Below the pieces are notes generated by a model. The model was not told the origin of the DNA, did not search any database, and saw only the letters and a list, made by a program, of their open reading frames with translations. Both the position numbers and the translations under genes were made by a program. This document shows, piece by piece, positions 50,135 through 60,106 of a stretch of 64,000 nt of DNA; the stretch's first letter is position 1, and every line of letters starts with the position of its first letter. Source of the DNA: Lentisphaeria bacterium (GTDB lineage Bacteria; Verrucomicrobiota; Lentisphaeria; JABSQK01; JAWLHB01); NCBI GenBank assembly GCA_041690595.1, contig JAWLHB010000043.1, forward strand, positions 1 through 64,000. The letters are read 5' to 3'.

Positions 50135-50704
50135 TCAGTTCATGCGGGGATCGTCGGGGAAGTTTGCCAGGAGGCGAAAGTCATTTCCCATGCTGGCGAG
50201 AGTACGACGCCAAAGGTTGGTGGCATCCTTGTCAAAGACGAGGTCGGGGCGCGCCTTGCGCAGGTACCATGAGTCCTGGTCGATCTCTCCGTCGAGCTGC
50301 CCTTCGCCCCAGCCGCTATAGCCGACAAAGAAGCGGAAATCGTCGACGTCGGCTTCGCCATACTTGAGCAACTGACTGAGGCGCTCGAAGTCGCCTCCCC
50401 AGTAGATGCCCGGGCAGACCTCCTGGCTATCGATATTGAGATCGGCGCGAGCATGAATATAATGGAGAGAATTCTCCTGAACGGGCCCACCGCGATAGAG
50501 GTTTGCATCCCAGCCGAGATCTTCGCTGACGACATCGCGAAGGCGAATAGGCAGCTTGCGGTTGAGGACCAGGCCGAAGGTACCCTCGGGCTGGTGCTCG
50601 CAAAGAAGGATGACGGTGCGCGAGAAGTTAGGGTCGAGCAGGTTGGCTGCCGCAACCAACAGGACGCCGGCCGCCGGCTGCAAATCATCATGTTCGGAAG
50701 ACAC
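50135..50704 (-). CDS. YqgE/AlgH family protein
   Basis: DPNFSRTVILLCEH, GLVLN, GGPV and GYSGWGEGQL. Confidence 0.93.
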   Translation of the reverse strand: MSSEHDDLQPAAGVLLVAAANLLDPNFSRTVILLCEHQPEGTFGLVLNRKLPIRLRDVVSEDLGWDANLYRGGPVQENSLHYIHARADLNIDSQEVCPGIYWGGDFERLSQLLKYGEADVDDFRFFVGYSGWGEGQLDGEIDQDSWYLRKARPDLVFDKDATNLWRRTLASMGNDFRLLANFPDDPRMN

Positions 50705-50790
50705 GGTTGCACCTGATGAAAGATGTTGTCACTCTCTTTATCACAGTACGAATTCCGCTCCGGCTGTGCAAGGGTCTGTGGAGAAAAAGG

Positions 50791-51636
50791 TCAGGCTACC
50801 GTACTCTTGAGCTGACGACAGTAGTCGGCATAGGTGGTGAGATCGAGACCTTGTTCGCGAACATAGGCAAAGAGGAGGTCGAGCATGCGGAGCTGCTCGT
50901 CGAAATTGAAGAGTGACCATGGATGCCAGATGAGGGAGACGAAGCCGAGTTTGTCCTTGACGGCGCGATCGATGAAGATCTTCTCGAGGTCGAACTGTTC
51001 CTGTGATGACTCGATGCGCCTGGCAGGGATGGCCTCGGGCATGATGGGCGGCCAGGCAATCATACGGCTGGGTGGACGGTTCCAGGAGTTTTTGACGACG
51101 TTGTCATGCCACCCATGCCCTGGAATCTCCCAGAGGTCGGGATGTCCCTGCTCGGCATAGGTATAGGCCTGGATGAGGGGCGACGGCATGGTGTAGTCCC
51201 GCCCCCACAGTTGACTGCTGACGTACTCGAGGCCCGCTTCCCTGGCCAGTTCGAGGCAGAGGGGGGCGGTCTGGAAGCCGTCATCAAAGCCGCAGCCGGG
51301 GCGTAGCCCCAGGCACTTTCGCTCGAAGAGATCCTCGACGGTGCGGACGCCGTCGATAATCTGCTGGCGGATCACGTCTGGAGTGCCGGCGGGGCCGCAG
51401 ACGGGGTGATCCTTCAGCATGAGATGGGAATAGGTGTGGGAGGCCACCTCGACGAGGGGGTGGTCGGCAAAGAGGGCCTTATACTCGCTGCCCAGCTTTT
51501 CGAGGAGCCTGCCGACAATGAAGAAGGTGCCGGGCATCTCGTGACGCTCATGAATTTCGAGGATCTTCCGGCAGGCGGGCAGGCAACGTTCCATGTTTTC
51601 GGTATCGTAAGCGGCGATGAAAGCTGGCATCGGCAT
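50791..51636 (-). CDS. Polysaccharide deacetylase family protein
   Basis: AYDTE, GTFFIVG, VASHTYSH, GLRPG and WHPW. Confidence 0.82.
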   Translation of the reverse strand: MPMPAFIAAYDTENMERCLPACRKILEIHERHEMPGTFFIVGRLLEKLGSEYKALFADHPLVEVASHTYSHLMLKDHPVCGPAGTPDVIRQQIIDGVRTVEDLFERKCLGLRPGCGFDDGFQTAPLCLELAREAGLEYVSSQLWGRDYTMPSPLIQAYTYAEQGHPDLWEIPGHGWHDNVVKNSWNRPPSRMIAWPPIMPEAIPARRIESSQEQFDLEKIFIDRAVKDKLGFVSLIWHPWSLFNFDEQLRMLDLLFAYVREQGLDLTTYADYCRQLKSTVA

Positions 51637-51642
51637 GGTCCT

Positions 51643-53541
51643 TTATGGGGTGGATAGTCCGAGCAACTGCACAAGCATGTGGAGCTGGGAAAAATCGCCG
51701 ATAACGATATCGGCGCCGGCCCGGATCAGTCGTTTCCGTTTCTGCATGTCACGACCGTATCGCCGAACTTCATCGGACGCAACCCCAATGCAGAGGGCGC
51801 CGACCTTTTTTCCTTCGCGAATCTCGACCGGCCCGTCGCCGATGATCATCAAGGCATCTCCGGCGCAGGCAGCCTCGCGGAGAATGCGGGCGATGACCTG
51901 GCGCTTGGCATCGCCGATGACATTGCCCCGTGAGCCAAAGATACCACCGTTGAAGAGGTGGGAATAGCCGAGAATGTCCGCCTCGCGCCTGACATCGTCC
52001 TCGTCGGTGCCGCTGGCAAGGTAAAGGCGCAGATCGAGGCGACGCAGCAGGTCGAGCAGGTTGACGGCGCCTTTGATGGTGAAGTCGGCGACATCCCTCT
52101 CGCCGCACTGGAACTGGCGGATTCTGATCTCGACCTGCTCCATGAGGCGGTCGAGGTAGAGCTGTTTGTAGCCGGCTGCATCGCGGCGCTCGGAGTCGGG
52201 CACCAGGGCTTCGCTCCTGACTATATCTTCGAGGTACATCATCTGCTGAATGGTCTGAATGCCGGTGGTCTGCTCGATCATGCGCCGCACGCCGGCCTCG
52301 ATGCGCGACCAGTGTTCGAGGGTCACGGAGGAGGCTCGGGAACCGGCGATGCATTCCATGGCCACCTGAAACATCACACTTTCCCACCCTTCACGCAGGG
52401 TGGAAAGGGTACCGTCATGATCCAGAATGACATGCCGGACAGCGCCGGCGGAGCATGAGTTGACCACTTCGATACTGCTTTCGCCGTGCCAAGTGGCGAG
52501 GCGAGGATCGGCGGCAATGTCGGGGTGGTAGACGAACTGACCATCGCGATGACAGTCTATAATTTCGGCGGGGGTTGCGGTGCCGGTGCAGTTCAGCTTG
52601 CGGACGGTGACGCCGGCAGCGTAATTGGCGATCCTGGCAGCTTCATCCCAGGTGGCGCCGGCGCCCAGGCAGGCACTGAAGGCGGCGATGCAGGTGTCTC
52701 CCGCACCGACGGTATCAGTCTCGCCGAGGACAAAGAGCCCGGGCACCTCGATGAGTTCGCCGCGATGGACGGCGAGCATGCCGTATTCGCCGCGCGTCAT
52801 CAAGACAGACGCATCCCCCAGGCGGGCGGCGACCTGCATGAGTGCTTCGCGGCAATGGAGCTGGACACTCTCGTCGACTTCGCGCCCGAGGATGCGTGCC
52901 ACTTCATGCACATTAAGCTTGTAGATAACGCCCTGCAGGCGCTCGGCGGCGTGGCGGCAGTCGGCGATGGCCAGCAGGCGCGGGTGCGAGCGCAACAGCT
53001 CGTTGACACCGGCGATCATCGTGGGGGTAAGCAGCGGGGCGTTGAACTGCTGATTGAGGATGAGGAGATCCAGCTCGGGCATGGCGGCGGCAAGGTGATC
53101 GAGGATCACCTTCTCGCTTTCCGGAAGTACCTGGTTGAACTCTCCAAAGTCGAGGCGATTCTGCTCCTCGAGTTCGCGGAGGGGTTTGATGTAGGTCTGG
53201 CTGACCCACTCGTGGGGCTGCACATGCAAGGCGGAGACATCGACGTGCTGGCGCTGGAGCTGGTAGCGCAGCTCGCGCCCATAGAGGTCGTCGCCGATCA
53301 GCCCGAAGAGCTGCAGGGAAGCGGGCTGGAGGGCAGCGAGATTGCAGACGACGTTGCCGGCGGCGCCGGGTGTCGCCCTGACGGAGCGGCCATAGAAGAC
53401 CGGCTTGCCAGTTTCGAGCGAGAGGGCGCTGGATGCTTCGGTGTAGTCGTAGTAGAGGTCGAGAGCAAAGTCGCCGAGGATGCCAAAGCGCAGCTTGCCG
53501 ATAGCAGCCAGTATTTCTCGCAGACGTTCCGATGTCAGCAC
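51643..53541 (-). CDS. PfkB (HldE/RfaE kinase-like) plus HAD hydrolase fusion
   Basis: GDFALDLY, PGAAGNV, DTVGAGD, NYAAG; then LDHDGT and IGDGPVE. GTG start with GGAG RBS. Confidence 0.85.
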   Translation of the reverse strand: MLTSERLREILAAIGKLRFGILGDFALDLYYDYTEASSALSLETGKPVFYGRSVRATPGAAGNVVCNLAALQPASLQLFGLIGDDLYGRELRYQLQRQHVDVSALHVQPHEWVSQTYIKPLRELEEQNRLDFGEFNQVLPESEKVILDHLAAAMPELDLLILNQQFNAPLLTPTMIAGVNELLRSHPRLLAIADCRHAAERLQGVIYKLNVHEVARILGREVDESVQLHCREALMQVAARLGDASVLMTRGEYGMLAVHRGELIEVPGLFVLGETDTVGAGDTCIAAFSACLGAGATWDEAARIANYAAGVTVRKLNCTGTATPAEIIDCHRDGQFVYHPDIAADPRLATWHGESSIEVVNSCSAGAVRHVILDHDGTLSTLREGWESVMFQVAMECIAGSRASSVTLEHWSRIEAGVRRMIEQTTGIQTIQQMMYLEDIVRSEALVPDSERRDAAGYKQLYLDRLMEQVEIRIRQFQCGERDVADFTIKGAVNLLDLLRRLDLRLYLASGTDEDDVRREADILGYSHLFNGGIFGSRGNVIGDAKRQVIARILREAACAGDALMIIGDGPVEIREGKKVGALCIGVASDEVRRYGRDMQKRKRLIRAGADIVIGDFSQLHMLVQLLGLSTP

Positions 53542-54845
53542 GTGTATTGCTCCATCTGGGCCATCAGCCGGAGGCGCGCCTCCGCAGCTGGCCCGGTTGC
53601 GCAAGATAAGAGGTTGTGCAGCTCTCCGGGGTCATGGAGGAGGTCGAACAACCAGTCGGTTTCGAGAAAATTGCGGATCAGTTTGAAGCGTCCGTCGGTA
53701 ACCATCCGCCATCCTCCATAGGCACTGTAGGCGACCTCACGATGGAAGTGTCGTCGCCCTTCGAGGAGAGGACGGAGGGAGCGTGCATCCATGTCCATAC
53801 TGGCGCCGGCCCAGTCGAGGAAGGTGGCGGCAAGGTCGAGCATGGGGATGGGCTGGTCGCACGTGGCGCCGGCGGGAATGCCGGGGCCGGCGATAATGAG
53901 GGGCACATGCACGGAGCCATTCCAGGGGACGGCTTTGCCGAAGCGGTCATGATCTCCGAGCATCTCGCCATGATCGCTGCTGAAGACGACAACGGTTCGC
54001 TCGCTTTCACCGCGGCGTTCGACTTCAGCCAGGAGGTCGCCGATGCGGCGATCGATGTTCTCGCACATGGCGGCATAATTGCGGCGGATTCCGAGGTGCG
54101 CCTCGGGTGTGAGCAAGGTGCTGGCGACGGGTTGGGGGAAGTCAACGTCGGCGTACCAGTCAGCCATGTTGCGGGTGATATCCCACGGATCGTGGGGGCC
54201 GGTGAAGTTGACCTGGAGGAACCAGGGACGGTCAGCCGGGGCTTCGCGGAGCAGCTTGAGCCCGTTGTCTGCCAGCCAGTTGTCGCAATAGGCTTCTTCG
54301 GGGAGGGTGGTGGGGAAAACGGCGGATGGGTTACCGCGCCGGCGGTCAAAGTCGTCCAGATGCGCCTGGCGCAAACCGTTTTCCTCCAGGAACCGCAGGT
54401 AGGGTCCCCGGGGCGTTTCACGGCCACTGCCCGCGCCATCCCACTTGCCCTCGTTGTCGATGCCGGCGGAGAAGCCCCACTCGGCCAGGGAGCGGCTGCC
54501 GTCGAGATGCCAGTCGCAGGATCCCTTGTGGAGGTCGAACTTGCCGCAGCCCATGGTGTGGTAGCCTTTGCCTTGGAGAGCCTGATACATGGTCGGCTGG
54601 TCCAGGGGAAAGTCGCGGGCATTGGAGGGGACCCGGCATCGTTCGTACTGCATGCCGGAGGCAAGGATGGCGCGGCACGGGGCGCAGATGGGGGAAGGCG
54701 AGACAGCCTGGGTGAGGGTTGTTCCGCGGGCGGCGAGGCGCTCCAAGTTTGGAAGCCGGAGGGGGAGTTGCGGATTGGTGCTCAGCCAGTCGCCGCGCCA
54801 CTGATCTGGAAAGAGAAAGAGGATGTTGGGAAGGCTCTCAGTCAT
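53535..54845 (-). CDS. Sulfatase (Cys-type)
   Basis: PNILFLFPDQ, CAPCR, GKFDL and SDHGEMLGDH. Confidence 0.93.
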   Translation of the reverse strand: MTESLPNILFLFPDQWRGDWLSTNPQLPLRLPNLERLAARGTTLTQAVSPSPICAPCRAILASGMQYERCRVPSNARDFPLDQPTMYQALQGKGYHTMGCGKFDLHKGSCDWHLDGSRSLAEWGFSAGIDNEGKWDGAGSGRETPRGPYLRFLEENGLRQAHLDDFDRRRGNPSAVFPTTLPEEAYCDNWLADNGLKLLREAPADRPWFLQVNFTGPHDPWDITRNMADWYADVDFPQPVASTLLTPEAHLGIRRNYAAMCENIDRRIGDLLAEVERRGESERTVVVFSSDHGEMLGDHDRFGKAVPWNGSVHVPLIIAGPGIPAGATCDQPIPMLDLAATFLDWAGASMDMDARSLRPLLEGRRHFHREVAYSAYGGWRMVTDGRFKLIRNFLETDWLFDLLHDPGELHNLLSCATGPAAEARLRLMAQMEQYTC

Positions 54846-56154
54846 GGTGGGCACCTTCAGTTGAGGTGGTTGAGGCGCCATCGCGCCAGACGGATTCACC
54901 GCGGGTTCGGGCCCATTCGGCGACGCGGGCAGGATCGCCTCCCCACAGTCGCTCGCGCCCCCACTGGCCGGCGCGGGGGCTCTCGGCGCAGGTGAGGCGG
55001 ATGACGGGGAAGAGCGAAGTCGGCCGCTCGATGGGCAGGTTGCCGAGATGCAGCTCACCCGGCTGCTGGTCGATGGAGAGGGGCTGTCCGGTGGTGATCA
55101 GGTCAGCTGCCAGGACGGTGCTTTCCAGATCGGGCAACCGCATGCTTGTGGTGCCCGGCCAGAAGCGGAAGATAAGGTAGAGCCGATTGCCGCGAACCGT
55201 CTGCCACCCCCAGGTGGTAAATTCGGTGAGATTCCCCCCACCCTCTCCCCGGATGGCTTCGCCATGGAGCCGCATCCAACGGCCAAGTTCGCCGGCACCA
55301 TCGAGGAAGGCGGCGGGCAATCTGCCTTCGCCATCGGGACCGACATTGAGCAGCAGATTGCCTCCCATGGCGGCGCACTGGCCGAGCATGTCGAGCCATT
55401 GGGCGGGGCTTCGCCAACGCTCTCCGGCGGCATATCCCCAGAGGCGCCAGGTGGTCACCTGACAGGATTCCCAGAGTTTGCCGGTGACGGTGATGTGGTG
55501 CTCCGGGGTGCCGACGTCGCCAAGGGGGAGCGTCTCGCCGGCGGGGGTGCCGAGGCGATCATTGACGATGATATCGGGCTGCAGCTCGCGAATCATCTGG
55601 AGGAGTTCGCGTCCAGCGATATCTTCGGTGGTGCGAGGCCAGAGGCCATCGAAGAAGAGGTAATCGATCCTGCCGTAGCGGGTGAGCAGCTCGCGCACTT
55701 GGGCGTGAATGTAGTCGCGCATGGCAGCCCACGCGGCAGGATCCCTGTCGGGGGGCTCGAAATAGGCGGGGATGCGCCAATCCATCAGGGAATAATAGAG
55801 GCCGACGCGCAGCCCTTCGGCCCGGAAGGCGGCAACATAGTCGGCCACGAAGTCGCGCTGGGCGGCCTGTCTGGCGCTGGAGTAGTCGGTGGTGGCGGTA
55901 TCCCAGAGGCAGAAGCCGTCATGGTGACGGGTGGTGAGGCAGGCATAGCGAAAACCGGCATCGCGTGCGGTTGCGGCCCACAGCCGGGGATCATAAAAGC
56001 GGGGATTCCAGGCGCATGCCATATCGGCGTATGCCTTCTGCTCCATGTGCTCACGGAAGAGAACCTGTTCGCCGCGTCCGATGCATGCGTAAGGCCCCCA
56101 ATGGATGAAGAGCCCCAGGCGCCCTTCGGTAAACCACCGCCATCCCTCTGCCAT
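54838..56154 (-). CDS. Alpha-L-fucosidase (GH29)
   Basis: GLFIHWG, TTRHHDGF, GLYYS, FFDG and GNLLLNVGP. Confidence 0.93.
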   Translation of the reverse strand: MAEGWRWFTEGRLGLFIHWGPYACIGRGEQVLFREHMEQKAYADMACAWNPRFYDPRLWAATARDAGFRYACLTTRHHDGFCLWDTATTDYSSARQAAQRDFVADYVAAFRAEGLRVGLYYSLMDWRIPAYFEPPDRDPAAWAAMRDYIHAQVRELLTRYGRIDYLFFDGLWPRTTEDIAGRELLQMIRELQPDIIVNDRLGTPAGETLPLGDVGTPEHHITVTGKLWESCQVTTWRLWGYAAGERWRSPAQWLDMLGQCAAMGGNLLLNVGPDGEGRLPAAFLDGAGELGRWMRLHGEAIRGEGGGNLTEFTTWGWQTVRGNRLYLIFRFWPGTTSMRLPDLESTVLAADLITTGQPLSIDQQPGELHLGNLPIERPTSLFPVIRLTCAESPRAGQWGRERLWGGDPARVAEWARTRGESVWRDGASTTSTEGAHHD

Positions 56155-56197
56155 CGTCGGTCTCCTGCTTATGCCGGTTCTGCCTTCACCTCAAAGA

Positions 56198-57106
56198 TTA
56201 GCCGTCTCCCTGCCGCGGAGCAAGTGCAACCTGCCCGACGACTCCATTGAGCGACGGCTCAACGTGCACAAAGGCGCGGTCGATTGCGGGAATCGTTTCG
56301 ACATGGCTGCGGACTGCTTCGGCGATGTGATGCGAGTCGTGCGTGGTGAGATCGCCGTCGATGAGGACATCGAGTTCCACATGGACGAAGTGGCCGACAT
56401 AGTGGGCGCGTATATCGTGCACGGCCTGGACGTTGGGGATACTGGCGGCATGACGGTCGATCTCCATCAGGAGGGAAGCATCCGGCACGACGCCCATCAG
56501 GTAGTCGACGTTCTCGCGGCCGACTTCATAGCTGCCGTAGAGGATGTAGACGCCAATGGCCATGGCCGCCAGTGCGTCGAAGAGGGGATAGCGATGCGCC
56601 ATCGCGACGCCGAAGATAGCGAGCATGGCGACACAGACATCGTTGCGGCAGTCGATAGAGGAGGCGCGCAGGGCGGGGCTGTTGACCTCGCGCGCGGTCT
56701 TGCGCAGATAGATGGCCATGCCCAGCTTGATGACGAGGGTGATGATCAGCGCGGGGAGTGTCAGGATTCCGACTTCGATATCGGTGGTCTGCTGACCGAG
56801 TCGCTCGAGGGGAGAGCTGAGGACTTCCCACCCCATGATGCCGGTAAAGATCGCCACGACGAGTCCCGCGATCGGCTCGGCCCTGGCGTGGCCGAAGGGA
56901 TGATCTTCATCGGCGCCGCGGGCAGCCATGTGCACGCATACGAGGACCGCCATGGAGGCAAAGACATCCGTGAGGGAGTTGACGGTCTCGGAAAGGATGG
57001 AGAGGGTGTCGGAGAGTCTCCAGGCGATGGCCTTGATGATGAGGAGGAACAGATTGAGGCCAAGGACGAAATAGGTCGCCCGCTGCGCCACTTTCTTCTG
57101 GGGCAT
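56198..57106 (-). CDS. Cation diffusion facilitator (FieF-like) transporter
   Basis: SLTD, HPFGHARAE, RND, HDIRA and VHVEP. Confidence 0.92.
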   Translation of the reverse strand: MPQKKVAQRATYFVLGLNLFLLIIKAIAWRLSDTLSILSETVNSLTDVFASMAVLVCVHMAARGADEDHPFGHARAEPIAGLVVAIFTGIMGWEVLSSPLERLGQQTTDIEVGILTLPALIITLVIKLGMAIYLRKTAREVNSPALRASSIDCRNDVCVAMLAIFGVAMAHRYPLFDALAAMAIGVYILYGSYEVGRENVDYLMGVVPDASLLMEIDRHAASIPNVQAVHDIRAHYVGHFVHVELDVLIDGDLTTHDSHHIAEAVRSHVETIPAIDRAFVHVEPSLNGVVGQVALAPRQGDG

Positions 57107-57262
57107 GAGAAGTACCAGCTGTGTGAGTAGGAAGAGAGATCAGCCGGAACTATATCACGGGGGCGCCGGCATTCCACCGGCAATCGCGAGTCAATCGACA
57201 CGGGAGTGGGGGGGCGCCGGATGAACATGGGCGCTGGTGCGGGATGTGGCAATTCGCACGGG

Positions 57263-57445
57263 GCCACTCAGGCGAGTGCGTGCCCGGGGAGCGCGGGAGG
57301 GGTGAGGGGAAGTTGGGGAAGGGGCGCGCGCAATGGGAAGAAGGGGAAGAAGAGGAAGTATGCGGGGCTGGCGGGGGGATCGGCGTTCTTGGGTGAGGCG
57401 AGTGGCGCGTCCGGGGAGTGCGGGAGGGGTGATGGAGGTTGGGGA
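57263..57445. repeat. Two degenerate copies of the 48209-48391 repeat unit
   Basis: gccactcaggcgagtg...ccggggagcgcgggag at 57263; aggcgagtggc...gggaggggtgatgg at 57396. Confidence 0.7.
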
Positions 57446-57605
57446 CAGTCGGAATATCTCGGAATATCTGGCTTATCATGGTAAGCTTGTTGAGAAGGGC
57501 GACGATGAAGCGGCAGCTAAGAAGATGGAGGAGTTCAGGGTGAGGTTGCCCGATTTGTTGCGCGACCGCAAGGAGATGGATAGATTCCTGAGCGACTTGG
57601 AGTGA
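57432..57605 (+). pseudogene. Short helical ORF, probable gene remnant
   Basis: 57 aa, MEVGDSRNISEYLAYHGKLVEKGDDEAAAKKMEEFRVRLPDLL...; its ATG lies inside the degenerate repeat. Confidence 0.35.
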
Positions 57606-57690
57606 CAATCCGCCGCACCTCCGCACCGGTTGAAGGCTATTCAAGGCGTGTGACGTACCGCAGGGGTGTAGGTAAGAGGCAGGAGCGAGG

Positions 57691-59151
57691 TTACTTGAAT
57701 TCCTGGGGATGGCGGCGCTTGAGTTCGGGGATCTTGTCGGCGCGGCCGGTGGCTTCAAGGCGCTCGATATAGGCTGGGAGGGCGCCGCGGGCATGAAGGG
57801 GTCCACCTTCGCGGATGACGGTCCAGAGGGGATCGGTGGGGGAATCCATGGTGGCCATCATGCGGTCGTGCCATTCGTTGAGGTAGTAGACGGCCTCGCG
57901 CAGGAGATCGGGCCTGGCAGCGGCCAGGTCGTGCTGCTCGTGGGGATCTTCCTCGATGTTGAAGAGCATTTCCCGCGGGAAGAGATGGAAACCGTCATGG
58001 TAGGTTCGCATGTAGAGCCATGGGCCAAAGCGGACGGAGCGCTGGCAGACGTGGGCGCATTGACCGATGACCAGGTAAGGATGGCCGGATGGGGCACCAT
58101 CGGTGATGGTGGAGGCGAAGCTCTTGCCGTCCCAGGAGGGTTGGGGAGGCTGGCCGAGGAGTTCGGCGAGGGTTGGCGCGAGGTCGAGGTTGTAGTGCAG
58201 CTGGTTGTCGACATGGCCGCTGACGGCGCCGGGCCAGCGGACGATCATGGGGATGCGGCAGGTGCCGTGATCGGCGGTGGCGTGTTCGCCGTAGATGCCG
58301 AGTTCGCCTTGGTTCTCCGCGTGATCGGAGCTGATGATGATGATGGTGTCGTCGAGGACTCCGGTCTTGCGTAGGGCGTCGAGGATGCGGCCGACATGGT
58401 CATCGGCGTAGCGGATGCCGCAGTCGTAGCCATCGATCATGCGGCGCAGGTCGGCCATGTCCTTGATCTCGCCGGGATGTCGCGGGAAGGCGGGATTGGT
58501 GCTGTTGTCCCACATGGCGATGTCCTGAGCACTGTGCGGGCCTGCTTTGAGGCGGTGCTGGGCGAGGAGATCCGCGGTGAGCCACTCGGGCAGGGGATCT
58601 TCGGCAAAGGGATTGCCGAACTCTTCGGGGGCGCGGTAGGGAGTGTGGGGATCCCAGTAGTTGATGTGGAGGTACCAGTTGTCGCCGGCGGCATGGTCCT
58701 GAATCCACTTGAGGACGGTGGGGGTGACTTCCTCGGCGGACTCGAGCCCTCCTTTGCCGGTGTTGTGCATCTCGTTGAAGCCGCAGTAGAAGGTGAAGGT
58801 GCTGTGGCGTTCGGCGAAGGGGCTGATCAGGGCGGTGTGCATGCGGTTGCGGCGGAAGATGGCGGGAAGACAGGAGCGGTCGAGGGTGGTACGGAAGCCG
58901 CGGTCGGCGCCGTCGAGGCGGAAGTCGGCGGCGGTTCCGCCATGACCGACGACGCCGCTGTGAATGCCGTGCATGCCGGACATGAGGGCGGTGCGGGAGG
59001 GGAGGCAGGGGGCGTCGGAGCAATAATAGTTGTCGAAGCGGATACCCTCGGCAGCAAGGCGGTCGATGTTGGGGGAGGTGTTGCGGTGGTAGCCGTAGCA
59101 GCCGAGATGGTCAGCGCGAAGGGTGTCGATATCGAGGTAAAGGAGACGCAT
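57691..59151 (-). CDS. Sulfatase (Cys-type)
   Basis: DIDTLRADHLGCYGY, CLPSR, DPHTPY and SDHAE. Confidence 0.93.
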   Translation of the reverse strand: MRLLYLDIDTLRADHLGCYGYHRNTSPNIDRLAAEGIRFDNYYCSDAPCLPSRTALMSGMHGIHSGVVGHGGTAADFRLDGADRGFRTTLDRSCLPAIFRRNRMHTALISPFAERHSTFTFYCGFNEMHNTGKGGLESAEEVTPTVLKWIQDHAAGDNWYLHINYWDPHTPYRAPEEFGNPFAEDPLPEWLTADLLAQHRLKAGPHSAQDIAMWDNSTNPAFPRHPGEIKDMADLRRMIDGYDCGIRYADDHVGRILDALRKTGVLDDTIIIISSDHAENQGELGIYGEHATADHGTCRIPMIVRWPGAVSGHVDNQLHYNLDLAPTLAELLGQPPQPSWDGKSFASTITDGAPSGHPYLVIGQCAHVCQRSVRFGPWLYMRTYHDGFHLFPREMLFNIEEDPHEQHDLAAARPDLLREAVYYLNEWHDRMMATMDSPTDPLWTVIREGGPLHARGALPAYIERLEATGRADKIPELKRRHPQEFK

Positions 59152-59293
59152 GATGAGGGCTCTTTCCTGGAAGCGGTGGTGGTAAAAAGATGGGTAAACT
59201 ATAGGCGCTCGGCCGGCAAGTGCGAGTGGAGATCTTGACGCCGTGTCGGAAATGCATCAGACTATGGTAACAGATCAACGGAATGGAGGGATC

Positions 59294-60094
59294 ATGGAGT
59301 TGTCAAAGCAGCAGTTTATGGCTCTGCGAGAGGAAGGCTACGTGGTCATCCCCGGCGCGGTATCGCGGATCTTGATCGACCGGGCACGGCGGGCGATCCA
59401 TCACGACCTGGGGACGCGGGGGATGGACCCGGCGCGGTTCGACGAGTACCGCGGGCGAAGCTACTGCCCCGAGGTGAAGAACACGGCGGCCATCAGCGAC
59501 TTGTATACGGCCTCGCCTCTTTCCGGATTGGCTGCGTCGGCTTTTGGCGAGCGAGCGCTGATGCCGGTCGGCGGGGGGCAGATCGCGCTGCGCTTTCCGT
59601 CGGATGCGACCATGCCGCGACCGCCGACGCCGCACATCGATGGGGCGGATTACCAGAAGCGCCACGCGAACGATCAAGTGCCACCCATCGGGACGCTCCA
59701 CTCGTTTTCGATGCTCTGCGGGGTCTTTCTGGCGGACATTCCGACGACGGATGCGGGCAACTTCACCGTGTGGCCGGGGACGCATCGGCTGATCGGGGAG
59801 TGGGTTCGCGAGCATGGGGTGAAGGATGTGGCCACGCCGGAGAATGTGCGCGGGATCATCCCGCGATTGCCGGACTGGCCGGAGCCCGTGCAGGTGACGG
59901 CAGCGGCTGGGGATGCCGTGCTGACGCATCACTTCACGGCTCATGGCATCGCCAACAACCTCAGCCCGAACATTCGCTATGCAGTCTTTTTTCGCCTCAC
60001 GTGCGAGGGTCACCGCGAGCGGGCGGACGAGGTCTTCAGGGAGATGTGGTTGGAGTGGGAGGGGCTGCGTCGCGCGCTGGATGGGGCGGTATGA
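59294..60094 (+). CDS. Phytanoyl-CoA dioxygenase family (Fe/2OG) protein
   Basis: EEGYVVIPG, PHID, GNFTVWPGTH, AGD..L.H...H and NIRYAVFF. Confidence 0.87.
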   Translation: MELSKQQFMALREEGYVVIPGAVSRILIDRARRAIHHDLGTRGMDPARFDEYRGRSYCPEVKNTAAISDLYTASPLSGLAASAFGERALMPVGGGQIALRFPSDATMPRPPTPHIDGADYQKRHANDQVPPIGTLHSFSMLCGVFLADIPTTDAGNFTVWPGTHRLIGEWVREHGVKDVATPENVRGIIPRLPDWPEPVQVTAAAGDAVLTHHFTAHGIANNLSPNIRYAVFFRLTCEGHRERADEVFREMWLEWEGLRRALDGAV

Positions 60095-60106
60095 GGCGAG
60101 GTGGCT

